Source: the human T2T-CHM13v2.0 reference genome, Homo sapiens
NCBI RefSeq assembly: GCF_009914755.1
Contig: NC_060926.1
Direction: 5' to 3' (one strand)
Length of the DNA: 64,000 nt
Part shown: positions 15,604 through 29,992 of the stretch, in pieces
Numbering within the stretch: the stretch's first letter is position 1
Layout: each line of letters opens with the position of its first letter
Translations under genes and position numbers: made by a program
The notes under the pieces: generated by a model
The model's database searches: none
What the model was told of the DNA's origin: nothing
What the model saw: only the letters and a program-made list of their open reading frames with translations

Positions 15604-15963
15604 TGTATTAGTCCATTTTCACACTGCTATAAAGAACTACCTGAGACTGGGTAATTTCTAAAGAAAAGGGATTTAATTGACTCACAGTTCTGCCTGGCTG
15701 GGGAGGCCTCAGGAAACTTACAGTCATGGCAGAAGGCAAAGGGGAAGCAAGGCATGTCTTGTATGGCAGCAAGAGAGAGAGAGAGAGAGGTGCAACACTT
15801 TTAAACCATCAGATCTCGTGAGAACTCACTCACTATCATGAGAACAGCATGAGGGAAATCTGCCCCCATGATCCAATCACCCCCAACCAGGTCCCTCTCC
15901 TGACATGTGTGGATTACAGTTTGACATGAGATTTGGGTGGGGACACAGAGCCTAACCATGTCA
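15604..15963 (-). mobile_element. MaLR solo LTR (MSTA-like)
   Basis: tgtattagtccattttcacactgct...aaccatgtca with 5-bp TSD GAAAG (15599-15603, 15964-15968). Confidence 0.88.
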
Positions 15964-16687
15964 GAAAGTAAAGCTGATTTGTACACGCACAGAAGAACTT
16001 TATTAATCAGTGTTTATCAGACCACATCTTTTGTTGCATCTCTTTACCATTCTTTTGCTAGAAAGTTCTCCTAAATTTAAGATTATTGTAGATAATATAT
16101 ACTACTCAGCCAGTTTATTTTGGGTGGAAATAATCATGTGCAGTTATTTTAGAGTGTTGATACATTTATACCTAAAGTAGCATGTCAGTTAAGCCTTTAA
16201 ATTTCAAGGAAGTTTAACAAGCATGTAAAAGTTTTTATAGTTTGGTCCCAATGTGAATTTTTCCAGACTGTATATTAGCTGTTTTCTGTATTGTTCTGTC
16301 CTTAGATTTGCAGCATTATTTTCTTCTTGCTGCAAACCAATTAATAGATATTTAGTACCTCATGTACCCTAGGCATAGAGCTAGGGGATATAGGGAATAC
16401 AAAGAAATGTTAGACAAAATGCTATCTTCGAAGCTCATAATTGAGCCAATAGTCAAAGTGCCTCCTCATTTAACAAGTTCCATGAATCTAGACACCAAAG
16501 AAAAACAGAACTTTATTCTAGGCTTTCTCATAGGGACTGATTTAATCTTAGACACAGTAAATAATCATTTACCTTAGTGGAAAATGGTAAAAGCTTCATC
16601 TCCTGTGAACATGGTATTGGGAAAACACTGTTTCCAGCCAAGAACTGCCAGTAATACCTTATATTAAATTCATTCCTTTTCTTTCAG

Positions 16688-16826
16688 GTCCATCCTTTCC
16701 AAGGATGGGGTTTTATATGTTAAACTCCGGGCGGGTCAGCTCTCCTACAAAGAAGATCCAATGGGATGGCAAAGTTTGTTGGCTCAGACTGTTGCTAACA
16801 GGAACTCTGAAGCCCGGGCTTTCAAG
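16688..16826 (+). pseudogene. ANAPC1P: ANAPC1-like exon (SILSKDGVLYVKLRAGQLSY...ARAFK)
   Basis: tttcag|, |gtagta, 139 nt. Confidence 0.93.
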
Positions 16827-18094
16827 GTAGTATTATTGATTGGTAAAAACGGAAAGAAATAATTCTAAATTGCTGGCTTCCTCGCCCATTGCTATAAACT
16901 TCAAAGGTGGATCTGCTTCCTTTTTCATTGTTGCAGATTGTAAAGACTGACTGTGGCTCTGTTTGCTTTTTATGTGATAAAATAAATAATAAAATATAAT
17001 GAATATAAAATACTGTATATAATAAGTAATATATATATAATAAAGTAAAATACTGTAAGTTAATGTTTACATTTAGCAGCAAGGACAGTCACACCATATC
17101 TTGACACTGTAACAAATAGTGATTTTATTATTGATCTTCAAATCGGTGAAGATTTACTTAATTTCATAGCAAAAATAGAAAACGAGTTTTGCAAGCTAGC
17201 AATTATTAACTCCATTTAAAAACCACCATTTGTTTCCTTAATCTTGGTGAGGATAAACTGATGACAGACTCAGACTTCTTTTATTAGTTTGCTTTATTAT
17301 TTGCACAGTACTCGACTGCCAGTGCAGTAGTGTTTGAAATAAGGAAATAGTTACGATAAATGAGGGTAGGAAGCAATCTCATTCCCATGGCGGGGTCAGC
17401 ACATATTTTGCTCTATATTCTTGACTCAGATAAGTTTCCAACACAAGAAATTTGTCCCATAATCAGGCATTAAGACTTCTGAATTTAACTTCAGTTTCCT
17501 GTAATTCCATGAGCAACTGTGTCCCTGCTGGTGATACAAAGTAGAGTAGTCTAAAGTAGTTAGGACCCTAAGGAATAATTAGACGGCAAAAGTGGGGCAG
17601 GCGGACTGGATGAGTGGCAGCCAGAGGACTGAGTTAGCATCCTTTGTTCTTCCAAGTACGGAGACAGCAGTTTATTTTAATTCAACTCATATTTCATTTT
17701 AGTCAGTTACTTATGACCGAGCCTTTATAATGGTTCCCAAGATTGAAATGTATAAATAGTTCCCAGGGTTGACATTGGTGAATTTTGTTTGGCAGTATTC
17801 AGTAAGTTGTTTATGAAATACTTTTGAAAGATTTTTGGACACAGTTTAACTTAAATTTGTAGTATTGCTTCTTCTAAAAATTAGAGCATATTCCAAAGAC
17901 TCTAACCCAATTTGTGAAGAAAATAGATAAGTTTAGACTTGAGTTTGAACGAAGAAAGTATATAAAAATTAAAAGCTATTTCTATTTCCTGCCTACTGGA
18001 GTTCAGAAATAAAATATAAACCTCAGTGGAAAATAGTAATACCTTCATATTTCATTTTCAATCTTGAACCTTGAGTGATACTGTTTTTTTCCCA

Positions 18095-18835
18095 AGTTTA
18101 AAAAGTTGTGGTAAAATGCACACAATTTATTGTCTTAACCATTGCAAGTTACAGCTCAGTAATACTAAGTGCATTCACATTGTTGCGCAACCATCACCAC
18201 CATCCATCTCTAGAACTGTTGCATCTTGCAGACCTGAGATCTATACCTGCAACAATAACGCACAACCATCACCACCATCCATCTCTAGAACTGTTGCATC
18301 TTGCAGACCTGAGATCTATACCTGCAACAATAACGCACAACCATCACCACCATCCATCTCTAGAACTGTTGCATCTTGCAGACCTGAGATCTATACCTGC
18401 AACAATAACGCACAACCATCACCACCATCCATCTCTAGAACTGTTGCATCTTGCAGACCTGAGATCTATACCTGCAACAATAACGCACAACCATCACCAC
18501 CATCCATCTCTAGAACTGTTGCATCTTGCAGACCTGAGATCTATACCTGCAACAATAACGCACAACCATCACCACCATCCATCTCTAGAACTGTTGCATC
18601 TTGCAGACCTGAGATCTATACCTGCAACAATAACGCACAACCATCACCACCATCCATCTCTAGAACTGTTGCATCTTGCAGACCTGAGATCTATACCTGC
18701 AACAATAACCCCTCATTCTACTTCCCCTAGTCCCTGGCAACCACCGTTCTATTTTATGTCTCTGTGATTTTGATTATACTAAGTACCTCATTTATGTGGT
18801 TTCATACACTGTTTATCTTTTTGTGGCTGGCTTGA
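18095..18835 (-). mobile_element. Old L1M (L1MB-like) 3'-end fragment hosting the 75-bp array
   Basis: tgtggtaaaat...cattcacattgttg.gcaaccatcaccaccatccatct...ccctggcaaccacc.ttcta motifs typical of antisense L1M 3'UTR; similar fragments at ~7620-7830 and ~63630-63867. Confidence 0.75.
18188..18709. repeat. Perfect 75-bp tandem repeat, ~7 copies
   Basis: Unit caaccatcaccaccatccatctctagaactgttgcatcttgcagacctgagatctatacctgcaacaataacgca starts at 18188, 18263, 18338, 18413, 18488, 18563 and 18638. Confidence 0.97.
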
Positions 18836-19185
18836 GTGATATTCTTTTTTCCTTACCTTTTCAGTAACAATTCTAGTTTCTGGTAGGCTTTTTAATTAGT
18901 CAGTGAAGGAGGGAAAAGCCTTTTTTGGATGAGTTGTGTAAACAGGAAGACCTGTTTGTTATTGGCCTTTTGATAAATTAGCAGCTCATGTTAACTTGTG
19001 CAAAAGCTTCTTGTAACTTCTTAGCAGAACAGGTTGATGAGGCAAGTTTGCATCATCTGGGATTTTTTGGGAATGTTGGGTGACAAAGGGGAGGTAGAGT
19101 TGTTAGAACTGTGTGTATTACAGTTTAAGCGTAAGGAAAATAATCTTTTGTTGTCTTATACTGTTGTGGTTGTTTGTTTTTTTAG

Positions 19186-19272
19186 CCAGAAACAATCTCA
19201 GCATTCACTTCTGATCCAGCACTTCTGTCATTTGCTGAATATTTCTGCAAGCCAACTGTGAACATGGGTCAG
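19186..19272 (+). pseudogene. ANAPC1P: ANAPC1-like exon (PETISAFTSDPALLSFAEYFCKPTVNMGQ)
   Basis: ttttag|, |gtatat, 87 nt. Confidence 0.93.
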
Positions 19273-19696
19273 GTATATATTCTATGGTTTGCCGAGCCCC
19301 AGGACTAGAATTTGTTATTATTTCTATGCATGGGTCACCCAAAACATCTCTACTATCTATATCTATCTTTGAGATTGATGACATGCGTCAGTCACATTGG
19401 ATGACTTTTGCTTGGCACGTATAGATTTGCATAGCCTAAAACTATTAAATCCAGCAACTTTCTACCTTGATAGAAGAAACAACTTAAAATTTATAAGACA
19501 TCAGTTTTGACAGATGATAGTTTCTGTCATCTACAAGAATGATACCCATCCATATTCTGCTTTATGTTTTCAGTGTTTACCACCTTTCTCTTATTTTTAT
19601 GTAATTTCATTAACTGTTTCCTCTGTATATTATAACCCTTCTTTTTATTGTTCATACACCTGTTACCTTCAAGATTCCAAGGGTGCTTAGCAGATT

Positions 19697-20029
<333 letters not shown>

Positions 20030-20799
20030 TAATCCACCATAGAGACAAGGAAAGATTGGATGCATATATGGCCTTCAGAAAATTTCTCAACCTCTCCAAA
20101 ATGTAGTTTCCTCATTTCTAAAAGTGATTATAATAGAACCTACCTTACAGTATTGTTTTGAGGATTAAGTGAAATAACCTTCCCCTCTCTTTCTTATTGA
20201 ATCTTTACTATACATGGGACACTCTGCTAATACTTAAATGTCATTTAATTATGACCCTGAGAATAGGTATTTTATCATTCTGGGCTTACAGATGAGGAAA
20301 CTGCCACTGAGAGATGTCACATGCCCAAGATCTCACAGCTAGTAAGAGCTGGGCTGTGCACTCCAGGTCACGGGTCTCTAATAAAGCCCATGCCCACCCT
20401 TAACCCCAGCTGGACTTGACTCTGCCGCCTCCCCTAAACTTGTTCTGGTCAGTGTTTTTTTTCTTGCAGCTTTGTTACTCGGTTTCCTTTCTGGATCCTA
20501 CTCTTCCCAGCCCAACCCAAGGCATAGCTCTGTGATGTCCTATCTACTCATTTTGTCCTAGTTTGGTCCATTCCTCTCTTCTGTAGCACTTACTATCCTT
20601 AACTGTCTCTTGGGACTTAATTTTTTTTTTTTATTAATGTTTAATGTTACATGTGCTGTGGCTTTTTTAAAAGATTGTAGTGTTACTTTTATGTCATTCA
20701 TTATAAAACTTAAGAATGGGCCATAGTAGTGCTATACAATTCGTTTTTGAATTGATTTTGGAATATACTTTGTGCTACAAAACTTCTGATTTTCTGCAG

Positions 20800-20895
20800 A
20801 AACAGGAAATTCTGGATCTCTTTTCTTCAGTACTCTATGAATGTGTTACCCAGGAGACCCCAGAGATGTTGCCTGCATACATAGCAATGGATCAG
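20800..20895 (+). pseudogene. ANAPC1P: ANAPC1-like exon (KQEILDLFSSVLYECVTQETPEMLPAYIAMDQ)
   Basis: ctgcag|, |gtatgg, 96 nt. Confidence 0.93.
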
Positions 20896-22512
20896 GTATG
20901 GATCCAAAAACCTATACCAATTCTGGTGAAATTTGTCCTGTAGTTCAAGTAACTCACTGAATAGTGTGGTAAGGTTCCTAGTGTCCTTCCTTTTAGTTTC
21001 CCATTTGCTTTTGGAAATTTAAGAAAGGAAACCATATAAAATTTGAAAGCTCTCAAAAATCCAAAAAGCTTGGGCTTTATGTTGACAGGAGTGCCCCTTG
21101 GGGGGCTGTCTTCCTTTAAGGGTTCCCATTCCTCCCTTTTGTCTCCCCTGACTAGGAGAGGAGGGGAGCACTCCCTTCCTCTCTCCCATCTTATTTTTGC
21201 CTCCCTCCTGGCAATGCCTCTTTGTAGAAGTCTGCATGTGAGCCGTTAGTGAACAGAACCCTAGCAATGGCAGTACTGTGAAATTAGACCTATGTGATGA
21301 AGCTTGCAAGAGGTTACAGAGTCCATATGCAGTTATCTAGGCATTGGAGTTCATTTTTAAATTTCTCTTGTTATTGCTATTTTAAAAGAGCCTAAAGGGG
21401 TAATGCAGAAAATAATGCTTAATAATGTTCTTAAAGGATCAGACCAATTTATTCACTTTAGGCAAATTAGTAATACATACACCTTTTCAGTATTATCATA
21501 TCTTTCAGACCCAGATTTGGAGTTAAGCCAAGCCAGTAGTTTTCTAACCTGGCAGAAATTTGCCTTGGTATCTTAAAAATACAGATCCTTTAATTCCATG
21601 CCTCATCTATTGAATCAGAATTTCTGGGGTGAGATCCAGAATCTAGTTTTAAACAGCTCTTTAAGTGAATATAGTAAGTTCACAGCTGAGCATCTGAGAC
21701 TCAGTGTCTAAGAGAAATAACCTTTAATGATAAAAATAATTTGCTAAAAAGCTGAATGGAAAAATATATTTAGCCAGAGGATAATTCCCCCAAACCAGAA
21801 AACACACAGTGTTAAGTAACATCATTAAAAACCAAGTTCCAATATAACTAAGTAGGCCCAGAATGCCATTATTGTCTGGAATCCACCCTTTTTTGGTTGG
21901 AAAGTATGGATATATAGTATCCACGCTGGCACTGCTTCTCACAGTGCCTCTTTGTATAGCAGCCAAATAACAAGTTGTGTTATTTGCTGGATGAGAATGT
22001 TGCTGGCTGAGAATGTGTCTTTTTACTCTCTGAACCCTCACACCTTTACAGTCATGGGTGGCAGGTCTTTATGCATGAATATCTTCTCTGGTTGCAGCTG
22101 TAGTGACTTGCAGATGGATCTCAAGGGCAGTATTATTAGTAGTGTTCTTCTTGCCCTCTACCCCCTGGGATCTCTGCCATGTCATTGTACCCAGCTTGAG
22201 TTTCCCAGAGGTGACTGGCTATGACCTTTTGGGTCTTGGTTATTCGGAGCTGTTGAGCCAAGAATGAGCTCATTCACCTTTGTTACTTTTCCCTGCAAGC
22301 TGCTCATGTAGGGCCATATTGAAGGAGGTGAGCCATTCACCTGTACCCAGTGACGGCGCCTCTGTGGGCAGACTGCATCAAAACACAGAATGGACCACCC
22401 CCCGACCCTTTATAATTCGGAGCCACATTTAAAAAATACTCAGTCTACAACTCTGATGAAGAGACAGAGCACTCTTTGATTAAATAGATTGTTGTCCTCT
22501 TTCCTCTTCAAG

Positions 22513-22711
22513 GCTATAAGAAGACTTGGGAGAAGAGAAATGTCTGAGACTTCTGAACTTTGGCAGATAAAGTTGGTGTTAGAGTTTTTCAGCTCCCGAA
22601 GCCATCAGGAGCGGCTGCAGAACCACCCTAAGCGGGGGCTCTTTATGAACTCGGAATTCCTCCCTGTTGTGAAGTGCACCATTGATAATACCCTGGACCA
22701 GTGGCTACAAG
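22513..22711 (+). pseudogene. ANAPC1P: ANAPC1-like exon (AIRRLGRREMSETSELWQ...LDQWLQ)
   Basis: ttcaag|, |gtaata, 199 nt. Confidence 0.93.
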
Positions 22712-24248
22712 GTAATAGTAGCATTGTAGCATAGCGCTCTTGTGCTTTTGAGATACATTCGGTTCAGGCTTTTCTGTTGTAACTTTGTTTTTTCATTGGT
22801 AAGCAAGATAAATCTGAGTATAAGCAAGAATGGCTATAGATTTAACGTTTCCAGCTAGATGAATTAGACTTTGATTATCTACTTTAGCTTCTTTAGTAAA
22901 ATACATCTGACCCAGGCAGATAATATTTATAGCATTTTAAATACCACTTGGTGCTCAGGACCTTGTTCTCTCTTCCCTAGCATCAGATCACATTTCCTTT
23001 CCAGTGCCTCTGTCTCCTGTTTCCTAGGGGTGTGGCCTGTTGCCTTCCTGAGGCCAGCAGCCATCCTGTTTTTGTACTGGCACCACATGTACATGTAGAA
23101 GTTGATGTGTGCTTGCTGAGTGAGCTTGTTGTACCAACTCAGTTTTGAAAACCTGGGACCGCACAGCTATGTGATGTCACAGTGGTGGCTTTCTATCAGC
23201 AGGATTTGTGATTGCAAGGAAATTGTAGTTACTCGTTAACAGTGTAGAAGTGATTCTGACTTACATGAGGCAAGCGATGGGGCCTTTAGATTTATGGAAA
23301 TGTGTCTGTGTGTTAAATACACCTGAAACTGATTTTCAGGAGTAGACTCCTTGATCTTTTCATTCTTTTTAGTTCATTCAAATGCTCCCAGTAAATATCT
23401 GACAGTTGCTTGCTTTGGGTTAATACTAACCTTAGTAATAGTAGTAGAAACAATTCTTGCTTTGATTAGTGAAAACTATTAGTAATCAATAGACCCTAAG
23501 CGTTTGAATATAATTCAGTTTAAAACTATCCACCTGTAACACTAGGAAATAAATTTCTGAAAAAAATTAAATTGTAAACCAAGTTGTGAGGGATATACTT
23601 GGAAAGCCTGATTTCAGACTCTCCATGTTTATATTTAAAAGCTGCATTGTATTTGTCATTTCCTGTTCAGATTCAAAGATCATATAGCTTCATAATTTTT
23701 TGGATAGTCATTTTTATCCTCATTTTTGGGGAAAAACATGTTATTTCAAAGGTTTTTGTGTTTCGTTTTTATTCAATTTAACATTTGATCACCTATGGCA
23801 GACCTTTGCTATTGATAATAAATACTTCCTTAAATCTTTGCAGATTCCCTGATTTGCACATTTCATATAATGTATGGAACTTTGGCAGTGATTAGAACAT
23901 TCTCTAAAACAGGGCCCTGATTGCCTTGTTGCTCTTTAGCGCATTTGGTGGTTTCCAGCATTGCTGTCAGCCTCCATTGAATTTGACTTGCCACACAGAT
24001 TTATCAAAAATGTGTTTATTTTTTAGTGAAAAACTAGAATTTTTTTTAAAACAAAACCTCTTAAATATATAGTCTCCTCTCTTACAAGCACTAGCAGTTG
24101 GCATTGGGGTAGAGAACAATAAATTAACTGAAAATTGGAAATTGCATTCATATTTGTGTGTAAAAATCACAGATGCATATGTGGACTTTCAGGATCACTC
24201 ACTAACAACTCATTAGATCTGAGATAACCCATTGAATCACTACACTAA

Positions 24249-24584
<336 letters not shown>

Positions 24585-26517
24585 TATATAAATGTTTTGT
24601 ACAGTATTTATCTCCTCAAATTATAATTTTGGGCAAAGAAAGCGGGTTTCAAGTTTAAGAACTTTAAAAAGTTTTATTAACTTTTTCATATTTTGTTATG
24701 GAAATTTAAAGAATATACAAAGTAAGTAGACTAGTGTAATAAACCACAACACCAATTTTAATAGTTGCCAGCATTCTCCTATTTTTGCGTCATTTGTACC
24801 TTCACCCGTTGCCACACTCAATTTTCCAAATTGTGCCATTTTACTTTCCCACCAGCAGTGGATTGCAATGCAATTTTTGGCATTGTCCTTTTTTTTTTTT
24901 TTTTTTTTAAGACTTGTCAAGTGCAGTAGGAAAGCAAAGTAAACCCAAAGCAAGCAAATAAAAGCAGAAACCAATGAAACCAAAAACAGATAAGCAATAG
25001 AGAAAATCAGTGAAACAAAATGCTGGTAGACATGAGAAAGTCATTGAAGAGAGGCTGAACCACCATGCTCTCCTTCATGATGAGCTGTTCAAAGAAGAAT
25101 CTCATCTGTTCTCCCTTAACCTTTCTCCCTCTGCTGCCTCCCCCAAACCTAAATGTTTCCACCTCCCAGTAGACTGACATCCTCACAACTGTGTTCAGTG
25201 GAGTCTACAGTTTTCATCTCACTCCATCTCTACAATGGTGAGGCTTTTAGCTACATTTTCCTTCTTGAAATGAGCCTCCCTTGACTTTGTCATAGCACAC
25301 TTTCCCAATTTTTAAAAAAAATCCTCTTTAAAAATTCTCAGTATTTGTCACCATTTCACTGTCACTCCTTTGTTGACCCTTTTGGAAGTCATCCTTGCTC
25401 CTTTCCCTCCTTCCCTTCTCTGCGATAGCTGACCCATTGCTGATGCCTTTCAATCCTCATCATAGATATTTCTTGAATTTGTCCACATTTTACTATTTCT
25501 ACCTAGAACAGAATGATGATTTTGTGCCTGGACCACTGTTATAGCCTCCTAAATAGCCTCCTTGCTTTTTCTCATCTCCATTCCAACCATCTCAATTTAA
25601 CTGACAGAACAGTCTTTTAAAGAATAAACTGATGTAACACTCCTGCTTAAAGCTTTTCAATGGCTCCTGATTCAGCTGTGAAAGAAATCCCTACTGTGTG
25701 GCACCAGGACCTGTGTGACCTGCAAGGCGCCTGTTTTCCTCAACAAAGCCTCTTTTATACCACTTGCTCCCCACACCACCCTGGCCCCTTCCACTTGCTC
25801 AAAAACACTGAGCTCCTTTTCACTGTGGGGCCATTGAATATGCTGTTTTCCCTCCCTAGAACCTTTTCCTCTCATTCTTCACCTGCCCAACTCATATTTA
25901 TCCATGCAGCCTCAGTTTTAATGGCATTTCCTCCCAGGCCTTCCAAGACCACTCTCCCTCAGGCAGCTTTCCTGACATCTTTAGCCTGCCCGCTCATGCT
26001 CTCTACCTTTTTTCTGTATCAAAATGCCTTTGTTTGCAAGTAACAGAAGGCCTGACTTAACCTGCCTTTAAACAGTAAGGACACAAGTATGCCTATGTTA
26101 TTAGAGGTCTGCAGGTAAGGCACGTAAAGGGTCATCTTTTTCCAGTGTCTTCAACTCCATTTCTCTGAGGTTCCATCAGCTACATTCTGTGCCATGACTT
26201 TATCCTCAGTGCATTTTTCGGATGGTAATCAAATGGCTGTAACATGTTCACCTCTAGCTCAGCATGATACTCAGAGGAAGAATAGAGTTGCTTCTAGGAG
26301 TTTTGTGATGAGAATGAGGGAATTTCTTTCCCTGGAGCCTCCAGCAAGCTTGTCATTAAGTACCTCCTCAGGTTTCTGGCTCGAGTTGCATCTCATGCAC
26401 ACCTCTCAATCTATCCCTGTGGCAGAGAATGTCTCTTATTGAAAAAATGGCCTGGGTCTGCCTGTCTCTGAACTAACACTGCATCAGGAGAATGGGATTG
26501 CCTTGATCACCCAAGAT

Positions 26518-26709
26518 CAGTGATTCTCAAAGTGTGGTTTATGGAGCAGCATGACCTGGGCACTTGTTAGAAATGGAGTTTTTCTGGCCCCACCCCAGAC
26601 CTACTGAATAAGAATCTCTGTGCTCTGTGCATGGAGTGGGGCCCACTCATCTGTGGTTTAACAAGCCTTCCAGGTGATTCTGGCACATGTTAAAGTTTGA
26701 GGACCCCTG
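26518..26709. mobile_element. MER5A-like DNA transposon MITE
   Basis: cagtgattctcaaagtgtgg...ccccaccccagacctactgaat...aaagtttgaggacccctg. Confidence 0.8.
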
Positions 26710-27093
26710 GCCAAGACTAGTAAGGATCTAGTTCTGGAGCTGAAGTCAGTCCCATCAAATATAATATATGGTGGAGGGTAGGGTGCGACAAGGGGTATTT
26801 CGGGGAGACAACCACAGTGACCACTGCACCTTTATAGCACTCATCACAATTTGTAATTATGCATTTGTTTGTGTCATTATTTGTGTAATATCTGTCTCCC
26901 CCAACAACACTCTAAACTCTACAATGACAGGGACTCAGTCTAGCTTGTCAGAGTAGCCTCAATACCGGCTATAGAACCTGCTTTATATATGCTGAGCGTT
27001 CAATAAGTTCTTGATGAAAAAGTAATAGAAGATATTTCTTGTGCCTCTCAGTTCTGTCATCAGTTGGTTCCGTTCCATTTGTTTCTCTCACAG

Positions 27094-27228
27094 TCGGGGG
27101 TGATATGTGTGTGCACGCCTACCTCAGCGGGCAGCCCTTGGAGGAATCACAGCTGAGCATGCTGGCCTGCTTCCTCGTCTACCACTCTGTGCCAGCTCCA
27201 CAGCACCTGCCACCTATAGGACTAGAAG
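27094..27228 (+). pseudogene. ANAPC1P: ANAPC1-like penultimate exon (GGDMCVHAYLSG...PPIGLE)
   Basis: cacag|, |gtaatt, 135 nt. Confidence 0.93.
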
Positions 27229-28438
27229 GTAATTGCATATCTAAGTCTTATCTTCAGTACCTCTGTTACCTACCCCTTTACGTTCTAGTTTCTCAGTAGT
27301 TACTGCCCCTAGTTTGACTTTCCTCTTCATTAATGTTGCAGTGTCATTGTTAGGGACTGTTTTGGAGCAAAAAAGAAAAAATTATCAACTTTATATATGA
27401 ATAACTTTCATTTTTATTCAGAAAAGGATGGATTCTTCTTCACAGAGCCCCAAACACTGATCTATACTAATAAACTAAATATTCCATATTATTCTTTACT
27501 AATTGATTTTTTTATTAAAGCTATTTTTCTTTATTTTCTAGGTTTTCAGTTGGGTTTTTTAGAATCACATATAATCTTAATTTCTAATATTACAAAGCTT
27601 TACAACTAATAAATACCTAATTTTGTGTTTGAATTTTTTTATAATAGTTTTAAAAATTAATAGTATTATCACCTGATTGTATTTTTCAGAATACAGAAAC
27701 AGATAAAAAAAATTTATCCATTAAGCTGAATACTAAGATATGATGAATTCTAAGCACCCAATTTTTCTGAGATTCTCAAAAAAAGTATTTTCTGATAAGG
27801 GCAAAGATTGTTCCATTTAATCATTTAAACTTGAAGTTTAATTACATTACTAGTTTTTTGCTGTTTTGCAAGCCTCTGATAAAAGTTTACTATCTAGAGA
27901 CTTCTGGTTATGGCCATGATGGAATTGCTTGTATTGGACTCACTTGCCCTCAAAAACAAATATAAAAGCTAAAAAAAAAAAAAAAATAAGAAAAGGGAAG
28001 TACAACAGGGAGAGCTTTATATTCACCCTAGCTTCTCCCCCAAAGGCATTTGCCAGTTCATAGTACAAGAAGTAGAGTGCCAGCAAAAAGCAGCAATGCT
28101 GCAGGGCTGAGGAGCCAGAGGTTGGGTTTGTGATTGCCCAAGAGCCTAGAACTTGAGGAACACAGTCTCAGGCAGGAGAGAACGATAGAAATCATAACTC
28201 AGACTCTGGATATACCTTTCCCTTGAGTTACTTAATGATATTTTAGCCTTCATATACATGGGATAAGACTTCAAGAGATCTAGCAGAAGCCACAAGGCCA
28301 AAAATGTAAGCAAGAATGTCAGCAGCAGCATAGGACTGAGGAGACAAAGGGTGGAATTCAACGCTTGTTAAAGTGAAGTGGCTCTGATCAGCATCCCAGC
28401 TCCTCAGGTGAATTAATACATGGCCAAGCCCTAAGCCT

Positions 28439-28512
28439 GCTCTAGCCTAATTTTAGATCTGGTCTGCTTCAGTTTCACTCCAAGCAGACTTGACCTACAA
28501 TTAGCCTAGAGC
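28439..28512 (+). ncRNA. MIR4771: miR-4771 precursor hairpin (intronic)
   Basis: 74-nt stem-loop gctctagcctaatt...aattagcctagagc with complementary ends. The 3' arm agcagacttgacctacaatta (28483-28503) matches my recollection of mature miR-4771. Confidence 0.85.
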
Positions 28513-28539
28513 AGAACTAAGGTGATCTGTGTGCTTTCT

Positions 28540-29220
28540 CCCCACCTGACAGAAGAAAATGTAACCTTCATAGGAGAAAGAAAACATACCCAGAGCCCCC
28601 GCAATTTTTAGTCTACAGGATTCAGTGTTGAATCAAAAATTATGAAACATAATAATAATAAAAAAACAGATAATAGAAACAGACTTATGTGTGATTCAGA
28701 TATTGGAGTTATCATACTGGAACTTAAAATAACTATGTCTAATGTTTCCAGGAAAATAGAAGGAATGATAGGGAATTTCACCAGAAACCTGGGGTCAATA
28801 AAAAAGAGTTAAATGGAAATTCTAGAACTGAAAAATATAGTAACTGAAATGAAGATCTCAGTATTGGATTATTTGAAGTGAACTGGAAGACACTTATCTG
28901 CTGGAAGACAAGTAGAAAGTAAACAAACTGAAGCACAGAGGGAAGAATGGTTAGGAAATACAGAGAAGAGTACAAGAGACATGTGGAAACCGTGAAAAAA
29001 AAAATAAACATGCATGGGGTTGGAATAAGAGAATAAGAGGAGAGAAAAAATGAGTTAGAAGCAATATTTGAAGAGACAGAAGCTAAGAATTTTGAAAAAT
29101 GGTGTTAAATATTAACCCACAGTGAACCCTAAGCAGGATAAATACAAAGAAAACCATACCTAGTCACATTAATAGTCAAACTACTAAAAGGAAAAGGAAG
29201 ACATTTTAAAGTATAGACTT
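28540..29220 (+). mobile_element. Degraded L1M ORF1-region fragment
   Basis: A-rich ORF1-like motifs (aaatggaaattctagaactgaaaaatat, gcaatatttgaagagac, aaccctaagcaggataaatacaaagaaaacc). Confidence 0.65.
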
Positions 29221-29340
29221 CTTTTCAGGCCAGGCTGGACAAACAGGGTTGTTCAATGGTCAACTGTATTAGAACCAGTAAAATACCACTTAGATAGTAT
29301 TTGAAGGTAGACAGGCACTTTTGCACATTATATTTAAAGA

Positions 29341-29378
<38 letters not shown>

Positions 29379-29455
29379 ACAATATTAGTAGTTTCACATG
29401 TAGTTATAGGTCACTTTCTGAAGTCTAGAATGGGTAAATTCTATCAAATCATATA

Positions 29456-29992
29456 CAGGTTTGAGTATCCTTAATCTGAAATCTGAAGTGTTTGAAATCG
29501 AAAACGTTTTGAGCACCAACATGATGCTCAGAGGAAATGTTCATTACAGCATTTTGGATTTGGGATTTTTGGATTAAGAATGCTCAGCCGAGGCTGGGCG
29601 CAGTGGCTCACGCCTGTAATCCCAGCACTTTGGGAGGCCGAGGCCGGCGGATCACGAGGTCAGGAGATCGAGACCATCCTGGCTAACACGTTGAAACCCC
29701 ATCTCTACTAAAAATACAAAAAAAATTAGCTGGGCGTGGTGGTGGGCACCTGTAGTCCCAGCTACTCGGGGGGCTGAGGCAGGAGAATGGGTGAACCCAG
29801 GAGGTGGAGTTTGCAGTGAGCCGAGAGAGCGCCACTGCACTCCAGCCCCGGTGGCAAAGTGAGACTTCGTCTCCAAAAAAAAAAAAGAATTCTCAGCCAG
29901 TAGGTGTAATGCAGATATTCCAAAATCTAAAAAAATCCAGAATCCAAAACACCTCTCTCTTCAGAAGCATTTTGGAAAAGGGATACTCAATT
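29456..29992. mobile_element. Tigger4/MER46-like MITE interrupted by an AluY
   Basis: caggtttgagtatcc...gggatactcaa inverted termini. Confidence 0.75.
29592..29886 (+). mobile_element. AluY-like
   Basis: TSD aagaat(g/t)ctcagcc. Confidence 0.92.

Noticed and set aside
16975-17065. Extremely AT-rich intronic stretch
   Set aside because: Low-complexity sequence with no supportable structure.
18071-18767. Two 219-aa repetitive ORFs (one His-rich) as a novel protein, or the array as CRISPR-like
   Set aside because: The frames stay open only because the 75-bp period is a multiple of 3. The units are contiguous with no unique spacers, intronic and L1-derived.
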